61,624 nucleotides of DNA from an uncultured Acidobacterium sp. (GTDB lineage Bacteria; Acidobacteriota; Vicinamibacteria; Vicinamibacterales; UBA2999), in NCBI GenBank assembly GCA_964350785.1, contig CAYGMD010000003.1, positions 1 through 61,624 of the forward strand, read 5' to 3'. Below the pieces are notes generated by a model. That model ran no database searches. It saw only the letters and a list, made by a program, of their open reading frames with translations, and was not told the origin of the DNA. The translations under genes and the position numbers were made by a program. Numbering within the stretch: position 1 is the first letter of the stretch; each line of letters opens with the position of its first letter. Below, in pieces: positions 22,837-34,831 of the stretch.

Positions 22837-23624
22837 TGCGCGGTGTTCGCGGACGAGGGCTGTCGGGCCCGCTGGTCGTGATCGGCGTGGCCGCGCTCGC
22901 GATCGGCCCCATCGCCCTGCTCGCGATTGCCAGCGTCGGCCGGAACTGGTTCTGGCCGGCGTTGTTGCCGGCGGAGTGGAGCTGGCGCGGCTGGGACTAC
23001 CTGATGTCGGATGGCGCCGGCGTGGGCACGGCGCTGAGCCGCAGCCTGGGCATCGCCACAACGGTGTCGATCGCCGCCGTCGCGGCGGCGTTGCCGGCGG
23101 CGCGCGTGCTCGCCTTCGAGGAGTTCCGCGGCAAGCGGCTCTTGCTCTTCGCCCTGCTGCTGCCGGTGCTGACGCCGCCGTTGGCGGCCGCCATGGGGAT
23201 CCATGCCGTGTTCCTGCGAGCCGGCCTCGCCGACTCGATGGCCGGCGTCACGCTGGTCCACTTGATCCCCGCCGTGCCCTACGCGACCCTGATGCTGACG
23301 GGCAGCTTCGTCAACTTCGACCGCACGCTGGAAGACCAGGCCCGGACCCTGGGGGCAACGCCCTGGGCGGTGTGGACGAGGGTCACGCTGCCGATCATGC
23401 TCCCCGGCATCATGGTCGCGGCCACGTTTGCGTTCCTGATCTCGTGGAGTCAGTACCTGCTCACCCTGATTATCGGCGGCGGCCGCGTCATCACGCTGCC
23501 GCTGCTGTTGGTCGCGTTTCAGCGGGCTGGCGATGATGCGGTGAGCGCGGCCATGGCGATCGTGTTCATTGCGCCCACCCTGGTGTTGTTCGCGCTCGTG
23601 GCTCGTCACCTGAAGGAACTCTGA
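22836..23624 (+). CDS. ABC permease (YnjC C-half-like)
   Basis: LEDQARTLGATPWAVWTRVTLP; TGATG overlap with neighbours. Confidence 0.85.
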   Translation: MRGVRGRGLSGPLVVIGVAALAIGPIALLAIASVGRNWFWPALLPAEWSWRGWDYLMSDGAGVGTALSRSLGIATTVSIAAVAAALPAARVLAFEEFRGKRLLLFALLLPVLTPPLAAAMGIHAVFLRAGLADSMAGVTLVHLIPAVPYATLMLTGSFVNFDRTLEDQARTLGATPWAVWTRVTLPIMLPGIMVAATFAFLISWSQYLLTLIIGGGRVITLPLLLVAFQRAGDDAVSAAMAIVFIAPTLVLFALVARHLKEL

Positions 23625-24853
23625 TGCGACCGTACCTGATGACACTGATCACCGGCCTATCGGTGGCGGTCGCGGCGGCCTGCCACAGCGTCGGCCCGCG
23701 CCCGCCGGCGGCGGCCGAGCTGCTGGCCGGCAACTGGGCGGAGATCGAGCAGCAGGCGCGGGGGACAACCGTGTCGTTCGCGATGTGGGCCGGCGAGGAT
23801 GCCCGCAACCGGTTCTACCAGGGACCGGTGACGCAGACGCTGCGCGAGCGTTTCGGCATCGAGCTGCGCATCGTGCCTTTGACCGCGGTGCCTGACGTGA
23901 TCAACCGGCTGCTCAACGAGGAGCGGGCCGGGCGGGATCGGGCAGGAGCCATCGACCTGGCGTGGATCAACGGCGAGAACTTCCGCACCGCACGCCAAGG
24001 TGACCTGCTGTGGGGGCCATTCGCCGACTCGCTGCCCAATATCGTGCACTTCGATGAACAGGCGCGGCGGCGGGACTTCGGCACGCCCACCGACGGATTC
24101 GAAGCCCCGGTCGAATCGGCGCAGTTCGTGTTCGCGTACGACTCGGCCAGGTTGGCCGAGCCACCCCGGACGCTGGCGGCCCTGCGCGAGTGGATCGAAG
24201 CCCATCCCGGGCGCTTCACCTATCCGGCCCTCCCGGACTTCACGGGATCAGCGTTTGTCCGTCACGTGCTGTATCACGCTGGCGGCGAGCCGCCAGCGGC
24301 GTTCGCGGATGGATTTGACGAACAGCGCTACGCCCGTGCCTCGGCACGGGCCATCGCGTGGCTGCGGGACATCAAGCCATTCCTCTGGCGGAAGGGCGAA
24401 ACCTTTCCGGCCACAACGGCCGATCTCGATCGTTTGTTTGCGAACGGTGAGGTCGATTTCTCCATGAGCTACCGGCCCACTTTCGCCGCGGAGAAGATCC
24501 GCCGGGGCGAATTTCCGGCCTCGACGCGCACCTCGGGTTTCGAGGAGGGCACGATCTTCAACTACAGCTTTCTGGCTGTGCCCTTCAACGCCGCGAATCC
24601 GGCCGGGGCCCTGACCGTGATCAACTACTTCCTGTCGCCAGAACATGCGCTGGCGCGGATTCGGATGCTGGGCGGCCTGTTCCCGCAACGCCTCGACAAC
24701 GTCGCCGCCGAGATCAGGGCCGCGGTCGACTCGCTGACGAGCGACCCGGCCACGCTGCCGCTCGAGTGGCTCGCCGGCCATCGCATTGCCGAAGGGGACG
24801 CCGAGTATCTCATTCGCTTTGAGAAAGACTGGCAGCGGAGCGTCTTGCGATGA
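23624..24853 (+). CDS. ynjB: YnjB-like ABC substrate-binding lipoprotein
   Basis: Lipobox AAAC; IDLAWINGENFRT and FTYPALPDFTGSAF resemble E. coli YnjB as recalled. Confidence 0.75.
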   Translation: MRPYLMTLITGLSVAVAAACHSVGPRPPAAAELLAGNWAEIEQQARGTTVSFAMWAGEDARNRFYQGPVTQTLRERFGIELRIVPLTAVPDVINRLLNEERAGRDRAGAIDLAWINGENFRTARQGDLLWGPFADSLPNIVHFDEQARRRDFGTPTDGFEAPVESAQFVFAYDSARLAEPPRTLAALREWIEAHPGRFTYPALPDFTGSAFVRHVLYHAGGEPPAAFADGFDEQRYARASARAIAWLRDIKPFLWRKGETFPATTADLDRLFANGEVDFSMSYRPTFAAEKIRRGEFPASTRTSGFEEGTIFNYSFLAVPFNAANPAGALTVINYFLSPEHALARIRMLGGLFPQRLDNVAAEIRAAVDSLTSDPATLPLEWLAGHRIAEGDAEYLIRFEKDWQRSVLR

Positions 24854-25839
24854 CTCCGGCGCTCCACCTCGAGCAGATCGCGGCAGGCTACGGGCCACGC
24901 CGAGTGCTCCACGACTTCAACCTCGAAGTCGCCGCCGGTACCCTGACGGTACTGCTGGGACCGTCTGGATGCGGCAAGACCACCGTGCTGAACGTGGTGG
25001 CCGGGCTGTTGCCGGTGACGGGCGGCCGGGTCTTGCTGAACCAGAAGCCGCTCACCGAAGTCCCCGCCGAGCGGCGGGGCATCGGCGTCGTCTTTCAGAA
25101 GCCGTCGCTGTTTCCACACCTGACCGTCGCCGACAACGTCGCGTTCGGGCTCGCGATGCGTGGCGTCGCGCCGGCCAGGCGCCGCGCCGCGGCAGACGAA
25201 GCGCTGCGGCTGGTGCAGCTCGACGGCTTTGGCGATCGCACGCCAACGGCCCTGTCCGGCGGCCAGGAGCAGCGCGTGGCGCTGGCGCGGGCACTCGTGC
25301 TGGAACCGCGCGTGCTCCTGCTCGACGAGCCCCTGTCGGCCCTCGACGAAGGCTTGCGGGGAGAAATGCGGGCATTGCTGCGCAATCTGCAACGCCGGCT
25401 CGGCGTCACCACTCTCTTTGTTACCCACGACCAGCGCGAGGCAGTCGACATTGCCGACCAGGTGGCGGTGATGCTTGACGGCTCGATTGCGCAGGCCGGC
25501 CCACCGCGGCTGTTTTACACCGACCCTGCCACTGAACAGGTCGCGCGATTCTTCGGATGGGCGCTGCTCACCGGGTCGGGTGGTGGCACTGCGTTTCACC
25601 CTTCATCCGCCCGGCTCTGTTCCGGGCAGGACGACCACGGCGCCGACGCCGTAGCCGTCGAGGTGGTCGTCGAGCGAGTCCTCGACCTCGGCGCACAGAT
25701 TCGGGCCGTCGTGAGACTGCCCACCGGAGAGTCGATCGAGATCACCCAGGCGCCGGGCTCCGAGCTGGCACTCGAGTCCGCCTCAGGCACGGCAGCCGCA
25801 CGCCTCTTCGTCCCGAAGTCCGGCCTCCGCACCTTCTGA
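24850..25839 (+). CDS. ABC ATP-binding subunit
   Basis: GPSGCGKT, LSGGQEQR, LLLDEP. Confidence 0.92.
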   Translation: MTPALHLEQIAAGYGPRRVLHDFNLEVAAGTLTVLLGPSGCGKTTVLNVVAGLLPVTGGRVLLNQKPLTEVPAERRGIGVVFQKPSLFPHLTVADNVAFGLAMRGVAPARRRAAADEALRLVQLDGFGDRTPTALSGGQEQRVALARALVLEPRVLLLDEPLSALDEGLRGEMRALLRNLQRRLGVTTLFVTHDQREAVDIADQVAVMLDGSIAQAGPPRLFYTDPATEQVARFFGWALLTGSGGGTAFHPSSARLCSGQDDHGADAVAVEVVVERVLDLGAQIRAVVRLPTGESIEITQAPGSELALESASGTAAARLFVPKSGLRTF

Positions 25840-25847
25840 ACGGTCCC

Positions 25848-25873
25848 TGTAACGTTCGGCCCGTCCGCGATAC
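25848..25873 (+). promoter_or_regulatory. ECF-type promoter TGTAAC-N14-CGATAC
   Basis: Upstream of bufA copy 1; shares TGTAACGTTCGG with the copy 2 promoter. Confidence 0.6.
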
Positions 25874-25938
25874 TCAACTCCAGTTGGCCGGCGGTCAGGA
25901 TGAACCTGGCCGCGCCGGGCCATCAGGCTGGAGCCTCC

Positions 25939-26205
25939 ATGAATCCTCGTTTCGTTATCGCCTCGGCGTTCGCCGCGGCCATCGCCGTCCCCGCCCTGCT
26001 CTCGGCCCAGAAGCCCGCCGAGATGCCCACCTTCAAGGCGGAAAAGTGCTACGGCATCGCCAAGGCCGGCGCCAACGACTGCGCGTCGACCGGCAACAAC
26101 TCGTGCGGCGGCACCTCCAAGCGCGCCAGCGACAGCAAGGCCTGGATGTTCGTGGCCGAGGGCACCTGCGACCGCATCGTCGGCGGCAGCAAGACCGCGA
26201 AGTAA
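25939..26205 (+). CDS. bufA1: DUF2282 bufferin-type precursor, copy 1
   Basis: Signal peptide + EKCYGIAKAGANDCA...SC...C, four Cys, 88 aa. Confidence 0.85.
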   Translation: MNPRFVIASAFAAAIAVPALLSAQKPAEMPTFKAEKCYGIAKAGANDCASTGNNSCGGTSKRASDSKAWMFVAEGTCDRIVGGSKTAK

Positions 26206-26217
26206 GCACGGGACCAA

Positions 26218-26577
26218 GTGGCCATCACCATGTCGTCGACTCATCGCGCTCCGGTCCGGGCCGGCGTCGGCCCGAGATTGCCGCACATCGAAGAGGTGGT
26301 GGCCACTCGGCTGCCCTATGACCGGGAGACGCTCGACACGGTGACGCGACACCTGCGCGAGGTCCAGGACGGCCTGGGTCGGCCATACCTGCTGGAGAAC
26401 CCATCCAGCTACGTCGGCTTCGCGGGCTCGACCATGACGGAAACGGAATTCCTGAACGAGCTGGTCGACCGCACCGGCTGCCAAGTGGCGATGCCCGTGT
26501 GGGGCAGCGACGCCCGTCGTTCGCTCATGGTTTCTCCGTCACAGATCCAGGGTGAGGTCAGTCGAATGGGCGCGTGA
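26218..26577 (+). pseudogene. DUF692 (MNIO) maturase remnant
   Basis: Versus the intact copy at 39930 it has an 86-codon in-frame deletion (ATR/LPYDRET) and loses homology after DRTGC. Confidence 0.9.
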
Positions 26578-27486
26578 GACGCACGTGCACATGTACTGCT
26601 CTCGGAGCCCCTGCGAGAGGCAGACGTCGCGGTGGTCCGGCTCGCCAGCGACGACCCGCGTCATGCAGGAGGCGCACTCGCCGCGGCGACACTCGTACGG
26701 CGCCCACACGCCGGCGTTGAGGATGGCATCGAGGATAGTCTCCCCGGGGACGACCTGGACGGTGAGCGCCGAGCGCGCGAGGTGGACTTCGACAACCCGG
26801 TCACCGGGAAGCAGCGTCGGGCCGAAGCTTTCGAAGTGGATCTGGGCTTTCGGCCAACCGGCCTGTTCGCCCAGGGATGTCACCGCGCGGATCAACACCG
26901 GCGGGCCACACACATAGACGTGCGCCCCGCGCCGTGGCGTGGCCAGAAGGGCCTCGAGGTCGACCAGTTGGGGCGGCTCCACGTGACTGAAATAGAAGTG
27001 CGCCCGGTCGCCGGCGAGCGCCTCGATTCCCTCGCCGAACGCCATCCGGGCCGGCGTGCGCGCGGCGTAATGCAACTCGAAGCTGCGCCGATGGTGCACG
27101 AGCGTCTGGACCATGCTCAGGAGAGGCGTGATGCCGATCCCGCCCGCGATGAGGATGGTGTGGTCGCCGTCGAGCAGGGGGAAGCCGTTCTCCGGCGGAG
27201 CCACTCGGAGGATCGAGCCCGGCTCGATCCGCTCGTGCATGAAGCGGGACCCGCCCCGGCCCTCGGCCTCCAGGAGGACGGCGATCCGGTAGCGATTTCG
27301 ATCCCGCGGATCCCCGAGCAGGGAATAGTGCCTCTGCGCGGCCCGTCCGTTCGCGAGCTCGACCTCGACCTGGAGATGGGCGCCGGCCTCGAAAGGCGGC
27401 AGATCCGCACCTCCCGGATCCCGCAACTCGAACGAGCGGATCTGCTCCGCTTCGTCGCGGAGGTCCGTAACGCGGAGGGTCATCAT
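26539..27486 (-). CDS. PDR/VanB-family FMN/2Fe-2S oxidoreductase
   Basis: RHYSL, GGIGITP, CRRGECASC...C. Confidence 0.9.
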   Translation of the reverse strand: MMTLRVTDLRDEAEQIRSFELRDPGGADLPPFEAGAHLQVEVELANGRAAQRHYSLLGDPRDRNRYRIAVLLEAEGRGGSRFMHERIEPGSILRVAPPENGFPLLDGDHTILIAGGIGITPLLSMVQTLVHHRRSFELHYAARTPARMAFGEGIEALAGDRAHFYFSHVEPPQLVDLEALLATPRRGAHVYVCGPPVLIRAVTSLGEQAGWPKAQIHFESFGPTLLPGDRVVEVHLARSALTVQVVPGETILDAILNAGVWAPYECRRGECASCMTRVVAGEPDHRDVCLSQGLREQYMCTCVSRAHSTDLTLDL

Positions 27487-28376
27487 GCCTCGATCGGTGG
27501 GTTGAACGGAGATTCATCGACCAGGCGCCAATGGGTCGCGCCGGGCAATGGCGAGACGACCCACGCGCGGGGCCTCAAGGTCCAGGCGCGCCCGGTGCCC
27601 GCCATTTCCACGCTGACCTCGCCGCTCAGGTGCAGCTGCCGTCGCGCCTCGAAATCGACGAGAGCCAATCCCGCGCGCGGTTCGACCACCATGTTCCCGA
27701 GGCTGCAGAACATGGAATTCCCCGGGTAGTCGGGCACGACGACGGTATCGCCGTCCAATCGCATGTACCCGCGTCGCCCGCCGCGATGCGAACAGTCGAG
27801 CCTCCCGTCCGGCCCGATGCTCGCGACGAATGCCGTATCGGTGCGAGTCAGCCACGATTGCAGCTGAGCCGGGGCGCCCAGTCCCCTCGACGTCGTCGCC
27901 GACGGCACGAGTGTGGCCGCATCGACGCGTTCGCGCCGCTGGATGTACTTGGGGCAATTCGGAAACGCTTGCTCAACAGCGACCCGCAGGTCGCGGTCCG
28001 TCGATCGCTCGACGACCCCATTGACCCGTAATCGACGCCTCGTGGCAAGGTCGATGACCAGCATGCCGACCGCGCCCGTCGCGCGCACATCGTCGTGGAA
28101 CGAGCCGGGCGGTGTGAGACTGCCCGTCGTACGAATCGTCACGGCGGTCCCGTCCTGGTCGCAAGACGCAAACCCAGGCCCACCCACCGCCAGCGACGCC
28201 CAGGGATTGCCCGACGGGTCGCGCCAACCGATCGCGACAGAGGATTGTTGACCGACGAAGGACCGGGCAGGCGCAGGGATGACACTCGAGAACACACGGC
28301 CATTGAGGACCGCCTGACTGCGTTCGCCAGCCAGTTCCTGAACGGCGATCTCACCTCGGTGATACAACTCGGCCAC
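27483..28376 (-). CDS. Pyridoxamine 5'-phosphate oxidase-like (double FMN split barrel) protein
   Basis: YHRGEIAVQ, RRRLRVNG, NCPKYIQRR, DCSHRGG, PDYPGN. Confidence 0.85.
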   Translation of the reverse strand: MAELYHRGEIAVQELAGERSQAVLNGRVFSSVIPAPARSFVGQQSSVAIGWRDPSGNPWASLAVGGPGFASCDQDGTAVTIRTTGSLTPPGSFHDDVRATGAVGMLVIDLATRRRLRVNGVVERSTDRDLRVAVEQAFPNCPKYIQRRERVDAATLVPSATTSRGLGAPAQLQSWLTRTDTAFVASIGPDGRLDCSHRGGRRGYMRLDGDTVVVPDYPGNSMFCSLGNMVVEPRAGLALVDFEARRQLHLSGEVSVEMAGTGRAWTLRPRAWVVSPLPGATHWRLVDESPFNPPIEA

Positions 28377-28390
28377 GATGACTCTCCTAG

Positions 28391-28424
28391 AAAAAAATGG
28401 GGCGGGACCCAGTCGGCCCCGCCC
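28391..28424 (-). terminator. Intrinsic terminator after dsrE-like gene
   Basis: GGGCGGGGCC/GGUCCCGCCC stem followed by a U7 run. Confidence 0.7.
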
Positions 28425-28445
28425 GGTCACAACCTCGCGGGGTGG

Positions 28446-28823
28446 TTAGAAGTTCAGGACGCGGTAGCCGGCGTCCAGGTACTTGGACAGATCGATGATT
28501 CCGGAGGTGCCCGGAATCGCCTTTTCGTGAATCAGGTTTGCACCGGCATTCCTGGCGTCCTGCGTCGCACCGAACACGTCGGCGCAACCACCGCACACGC
28601 CGACCACGCTGTCCTTGACCGCGTTGTAGAGCGCGTGCGCCGGGTGTTCGGGCTTCACCAGCTCGCTGGCCCAACGCACGCCGGTGCCCTGGAAGATCAG
28701 CGCCACGTCCTGCTTCTTCTCGAGCAGTTCGTAGGCCACGAACATGCCGTTGAACAGCCGGCCGAGCGCTTCTTCACTGCCGGACTTCGGATCGGAATAG
28801 ATGACAATTGCGGTCTTCGACAT
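28446..28823 (-). CDS. DsrE-family protein
   Basis: LIFQGTGV and VCGGCADVFG. Confidence 0.75.
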   Translation of the reverse strand: MSKTAIVIYSDPKSGSEEALGRLFNGMFVAYELLEKKQDVALIFQGTGVRWASELVKPEHPAHALYNAVKDSVVGVCGGCADVFGATQDARNAGANLIHEKAIPGTSGIIDLSKYLDAGYRVLNF

Positions 28824-28900
28824 CAGTCACTCCTGAAAATTGTGGTCTGCAAATGGCCGATTAAGTCGTGTACGAGCGCGGCGTGGCCCTGCGCCGCGCG

Positions 28901-29374
28901 TCAGAGGTTGAGATCCGACAACGAGGGATGCCCCTCGGGCCGCGGGCCGGCCGGCCACCGGAACAGCCGGTCGGCCTCGAGAATCGGCCGCTCGTTGATG
29001 CTGGCCAGGCGGCGCCGCATCAGCCCGGCGGTGTCGAACTCCCAGTTCTCGTTGCCGTACGACCGGAACCAGTTCCCGCTGTCGTCGCGCCACTCGTAGG
29101 CGAAGCGAACGGCGATCCGATCGGCGCCGAACGTCCACAGCTCCTTGACAAGCCGGTAGTCCAGTTCGCGCGCCCACTTCCGCCGCAGAAACGCGACGAT
29201 GGCGGGGCGACCGGCAAGGAACTCGACCCGGTTGCGCCAGATCGAGTCCGGCGTGTAGGCGAGCGACACGCGCTCCGGATCGCGGCTGTTCCAGCCGTCC
29301 TCCGCCATCCGCACCTTCTGCGTGGCGGTCTCAGGGGAAAACGGCGGTGCAGGTGGACGAATCGGTAAAGACAT
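28901..29374 (-). CDS. DUF1348 / NTF2-like protein
   Basis: [36 protein letters not shown]. Confidence 0.9.
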   Translation of the reverse strand: MSLPIRPPAPPFSPETATQKVRMAEDGWNSRDPERVSLAYTPDSIWRNRVEFLAGRPAIVAFLRRKWARELDYRLVKELWTFGADRIAVRFAYEWRDDSGNWFRSYGNENWEFDTAGLMRRRLASINERPILEADRLFRWPAGPRPEGHPSLSDLNL

Positions 29375-29404
29375 GGGCACAGTCCTCTCGTTGACCGGGC
29401 GTTC

Positions 29405-30208
29405 CTACTTGAGCGACGACAGGACCTTCACGGCGCTCGCCGTGCTCCAGATGTCGCTGGCAATGAGCCGGAAGTTGACGTAGGCGGCCTCGTAGCCGTC
29501 GAAGCCCGGAAGTTTCGCGGCGGCCGTCGCGTCGGTGACGACGACGACCTCGAAGCCCTGCTCGAGCAGCTCGCGCATGTGCGACTCGGTGCAGAGATTG
29601 GCCGACATGCCGGCCAGCACGACCTGGCCGATTCCGGCCTTTCGAAGCTGCAGCACCAGATCGTTGGTCTCGGGTCCGAACACCTTGTGCGGGCTGGAGA
29701 CGACGGTCGTGCCGTCGTTCAGGTACGGCTTGTAGCGATCCAACCAGTCGGCGCCTGATCCCTCGAACGCTTCCTGCGTGAGCGCGCCCTTGCGGTCGAA
29801 CATGCCGATGTTGTGCATCAGCACCTCGAGCGCGCCCGCGAACTTCCAGCGATGGTCGTGCGCGAAGTAATAGTGCGGGCTCACGAACACCGGCACATCC
29901 GCGGTCTTCGCGGCCTTGAGCAGCCGCTCGATGTTCTCGACCGTGCCGTTCTCCTTCACGCTCTCGCCGACGACGCCCCAGGCGACGCCCTTCGGGCTGA
30001 GGAAATCGTTCTGCGGATCGGTGACGAGCAAGCCGACGCGGCCCTTGATGGGGGTCATGCCGGGACGCGGCACCGGCGCGTCGGCTCGCGGACCACTGAA
30101 GTGCGGCAGGGTGGGTGTCGCGCGCTGAGCGACGAGGTGGGGCGCCACGGCCAGGGCCGAAGCGCCGACAATCAGGGCGATAACTGACAAGCGGATGATA
30201 CGGGTCAC
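29405..30208 (-). CDS. Isochorismatase-family cysteine hydrolase with signal peptide
   Basis: TDPQNDF, SPHK, GMSANLC catalytic triad. Confidence 0.88.
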   Translation of the reverse strand: MTRIIRLSVIALIVGASALAVAPHLVAQRATPTLPHFSGPRADAPVPRPGMTPIKGRVGLLVTDPQNDFLSPKGVAWGVVGESVKENGTVENIERLLKAAKTADVPVFVSPHYYFAHDHRWKFAGALEVLMHNIGMFDRKGALTQEAFEGSGADWLDRYKPYLNDGTTVVSSPHKVFGPETNDLVLQLRKAGIGQVVLAGMSANLCTESHMRELLEQGFEVVVVTDATAAAKLPGFDGYEAAYVNFRLIASDIWSTASAVKVLSSLK

Positions 30209-30284
30209 GGTGGTCTCCTTCGACCGATGAGCAAACACGGTTCCTTAGGACGAATCGTCCTGACTCGTCCCCGCCGACCGATAT

Positions 30285-30301
30285 ATCAAGTTGCCTGCCA
30301 A
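30285..30301 (-). promoter_or_regulatory. sigma54-type promoter TTGGCAGGCAACTTGAT
   Basis: GG-N10-GA variant of -24/-12; faces the hydrolase operon, next to a bEBP gene. Confidence 0.55.
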
Positions 30302-30340
30302 CTTGTGACCTGACGTGTAAGTTACTGTTTCAATTGATGT

Positions 30341-30356
30341 TGTGACAGATTTCAGA
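30341..30356. promoter_or_regulatory. CRP-type box TGTGA-cagatt-TCAGA
   Basis: One mismatch; divergent AT-rich intergenic region. Confidence 0.5.
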
Positions 30357-30462
30357 CATTATCCGGTAACGACCAAATATCGTCGCCTACCATTTTTCGT
30401 TGCACATAATAGTTGTTTTTCGTAGTCTACCAGCGGTGAACACGCTTCAGTTACCTGGTGTC

Positions 30463-32016
<1,554 letters not shown>

Positions 32017-32403
32017 TTGACGGCGGACAGTTCGGCACACGCAGCCGCGCAGCTTCTCGAGAGGACCGCCGCGCGGTCCGGCCACCAGCGGTGCCCACCG
32101 CTACCTCAAGGCGACGATTCGGTCCGCACATCCTGACCACCCGCGGTTGCGGCGCTCGTCGGCATCCGCGTCTTTGCGCGGGAGCTGAACAGAAGCACGT
32201 TGCCTTCGAAGGGGGTCGATGCGGCTTTCGCAGGCGTGAGCTGGTTCGGCGGTCTTCTCGGTGGCGTGGGAACAGGTCTGTGGATGCTCCGGTGCCGCCG
32301 CATTCCGATCGTGCGAGCGGCCGCCCAAGCGACCTGCCGTGGGCCGTCGCTTTTCCCGGCGCCGGACTGCGGCAGCCCTGACGACTGCCAGCCCTTCGTG
32401 CCG

Positions 32404-33198
32404 TCAGTGATGCGCCGGCCGTTGCGCTGATCGCTTCCATAGGGCGATCCCTCCGAGCAGGCCGGCAGCGTTGTCGACCACGCGCACGCGGCGGCCCAGG
32501 TGGAAATCGATGCGCGCGGCGTTGCCCCCACCCAGATAGAGCCGGTCGAAGTTGAAAACGGTCTCGAGAATGCCAATGACGCGACGCACGCGCCGGCGCC
32601 ACTTGCGAGTGCCCAGCCGCTTACGCGCCGCATCGCCGAGGTACTGATCGTAGGTCTTGCGGCCGCGGACCGGGTGCTGTGACAGTTCCAGATGCGGCAA
32701 CAGCGCGCCGTCCTGAAACTGCGCGCTGCCCACGCCGGTTCCCAGCGTGATGACCAGCTCGAAACCTTGACCCGCGATCACCGCAAGCCCCTGGACCTCG
32801 GCGTCGTTGACCACCCGAACCGGCCGCTTGAGAATCTCCTCCAGCGCGCGTGCGAGATCGAATCCGCGCCAGGTCCGACTGGCGAAGTTCGGTGCGGTGC
32901 GTACGACACCATCTCGAACCACGCCTGGAAAGCCTGCCGAGATCCGATCATACTCGGCCAGGGGCGCGACCAAGTCGCGGATTGCGCGTACCACGGTCGA
33001 TGGCGGCCGGCCGGCGGGTGTTGGCGTACGCACGCGGTCGCCTATGGGCTTGCCGCGAGCATCGAGGACCACGGCCTTCAGTCCCGTTCCGCCGATGTCG
33101 ATCGTCAGCGTCAGAGGGCCGGCGCGTCTACGACGCTGTTGCCTCGCACGGGCGGCTGCAGGGGGCTTGGTTGAAATGACAGGCTCCTTCGGCGTCAT
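32404..33198 (-). CDS. ROK-family kinase (polyphosphate glucokinase-like)
   Basis: DIGGTGLK, VNDAEVQG, LGTGVGS, LGGGNA. Confidence 0.85.
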   Translation of the reverse strand: MTPKEPVISTKPPAAARARQQRRRRAGPLTLTIDIGGTGLKAVVLDARGKPIGDRVRTPTPAGRPPSTVVRAIRDLVAPLAEYDRISAGFPGVVRDGVVRTAPNFASRTWRGFDLARALEEILKRPVRVVNDAEVQGLAVIAGQGFELVITLGTGVGSAQFQDGALLPHLELSQHPVRGRKTYDQYLGDAARKRLGTRKWRRRVRRVIGILETVFNFDRLYLGGGNAARIDFHLGRRVRVVDNAAGLLGGIALWKRSAQRPAHH

Positions 33199-33244
33199 AT
33201 GGCTTAGGTTAGTCGCCGTCGTGAGTTGTCTGTTACCGCCGACC

Positions 33245-33260
33245 GGTGATCCACATCACA
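33245..33260. promoter_or_regulatory. CRP-type box GGTGA-tccaca-TCACA
   Basis: Upstream of the ROK gene, which has TAACCT 7 nt before its ATG. Confidence 0.55.
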
Positions 33261-33344
33261 CATCCCGCACATCGCTCGTCTCGTTCCACCAAACCGGGCA
33301 CACACGTTGGACATCACGCGGGCACGTTCAACTCTGGCGGAATC

Positions 33345-33520
33345 TGATGCACCCGCATATTGGTCGGTCGATGTTAATGGTTAAACCCGGCCTGCGGATG
33401 GTGAGGGTCAAGCAGGCATTTGGAGTCTTGATTCTCGGCACAGCGCTCTACTACGGCTATGTGGCGTATGAGTTGTTCGCCAATCGCTGGGTGGACGCCT
33501 CCTCGGCGGCGACGCGCGAA
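33345..33520 (+). pseudogene. DsbD/CcdA transmembrane-domain remnant
   Basis: KPGLRMVRVKQAFGVLILGTALYYGY resembles the DsbD PxPGxWMxxxKxxxG segment. Confidence 0.55.
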
Positions 33521-33631
33521 CCGGGCGAGTTGTCCAGCTCAATCGCCGTACCATCACATCTCTATGATGCAAAGGGGCTACAGAACAGAGCACCCCTGGC
33601 CATTTGGTGGCGGGACCCCTTGTGCGAAGGC

Positions 33632-33647
33632 TGTGAGCGGAGTCACA
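33632..33647. promoter_or_regulatory. Perfect CRP-type box TGTGA-gcggag-TCACA (class II position)
   Basis: Centre 33639.5; TATGAT at 33670-33675; GTG 33680 / ATG 33683. Confidence 0.75.
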
Positions 33648-33682
33648 CCTTGGGCGCGATCAGTGCGCGTATGATGCGGGTG

Positions 33683-34831
33683 ATGAAAGGTGCGGCGAGT
33701 TTCTGGTCAATGCTGGCGCTGCTGTGCGCCCCGCTGTTCTCGCAGGTGCCGGCGCCGCGGGCGCCCGTGGACGTGGCACGGCTCGGACCGCAGGTCGGCG
33801 AACACGTTCCTGGATTCAGCCTGACGGATCAGTCGGGCAAGACGTGGACTCTGTCCTCCGTCATGGGCCCGAAGGGCGCCATGATCGTCTTCTACCGATC
33901 GGTGGATTGGTGACCGTATTGCAAAACGCAGCTCGTGGAGCTGCAAGGACGGGTGGACGAACTCACGGCGCAAGGCCTCGGCCTAACCGCCATCAGCTAT
34001 GACTCGCCGGAGCTGCTGGCGGATTTCAGCCGCCGGCACCGGATCACGTTTCCGCTGCTCTCGGACACCGGCTCGGCGACGATCACGACCTACGGCATTC
34101 TCAACACCGTCGCCGACGAAGCGCTCGAGACCCGACCCGGCAACGCCACCCTGCGGGAGGATGTGAAGAAGTACGTGGCGACCAACGGATCGCGCAGCGT
34201 CGCCGAGCTGACGAAGGGAACGCCGTTCCCCGGTACGTTTGTCGTCGATCGCGAGGGTCGCGTCACGGCGCGATTCTTCGAGGAGTACTATCGCGAGCGG
34301 AACACGGCATCGAGCATCCTGCTCAGGCTCGGAAACGGTGCGCCGCCGGTCGCCGCCACGCGGATCGCGGCTGCACATCTCGACATCACGGCGTATGCGA
34401 GCGACTCGACGGTCTCGCCCGGCACACGCTTCGCGCTTGCCGTGAGCGTCGTGCCCCGGCCGCGCATCCACGTCTACGCCCCGGGCGCCGATGCCAACGG
34501 GTACCGTGTCGTGTCCTTGAGCGTCGCGCCGCAGCCGTTCGTGCGGACGCTGCCGATTCGTTATCCCCCTTCGGAGATCTACGATTTCAAGCCGCTCGAC
34601 GAGCGCGTGCCGGTGTACCGGAAGGCGTTCACCTTGCTACGGGAAGTGGTCGTCGAGGTCACCTCCGAAGCGGAGCGGGCCCTGCGCGATCGGAAGACCC
34701 TGACGATGACCGGCGTCCTCGAGTATCAGGCCTGCGACGACAAGGTGTGTTTCACTCCGGCAACGGTGCCGCTGACGTGGACGGTCGCGCTCACACCAAA
34801 CATTACCGAGCGCCCGAATCGTCCGCAGTGA
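33683..34831 (+). CDS. Exported redoxin + DsbD-N-like selenoprotein (UxxC), Sec at UGA 33911-33913
   Basis: FYRSVDW-TGA-PYCKTQL aligns with FSRSASW-C-PYCKTQL of 16018..17100. Confidence 0.9.
33928..33944 (+). other. Putative SECIS hairpin
   Basis: GCAGCUC-GUG-GAGCUGC; loop about 20 nt after the UGA. Confidence 0.75.

Noticed and set aside
32017-32403. ORFs between the sigma54 activator and ROK
   Set aside because: Low-complexity, no motif, no RBS.
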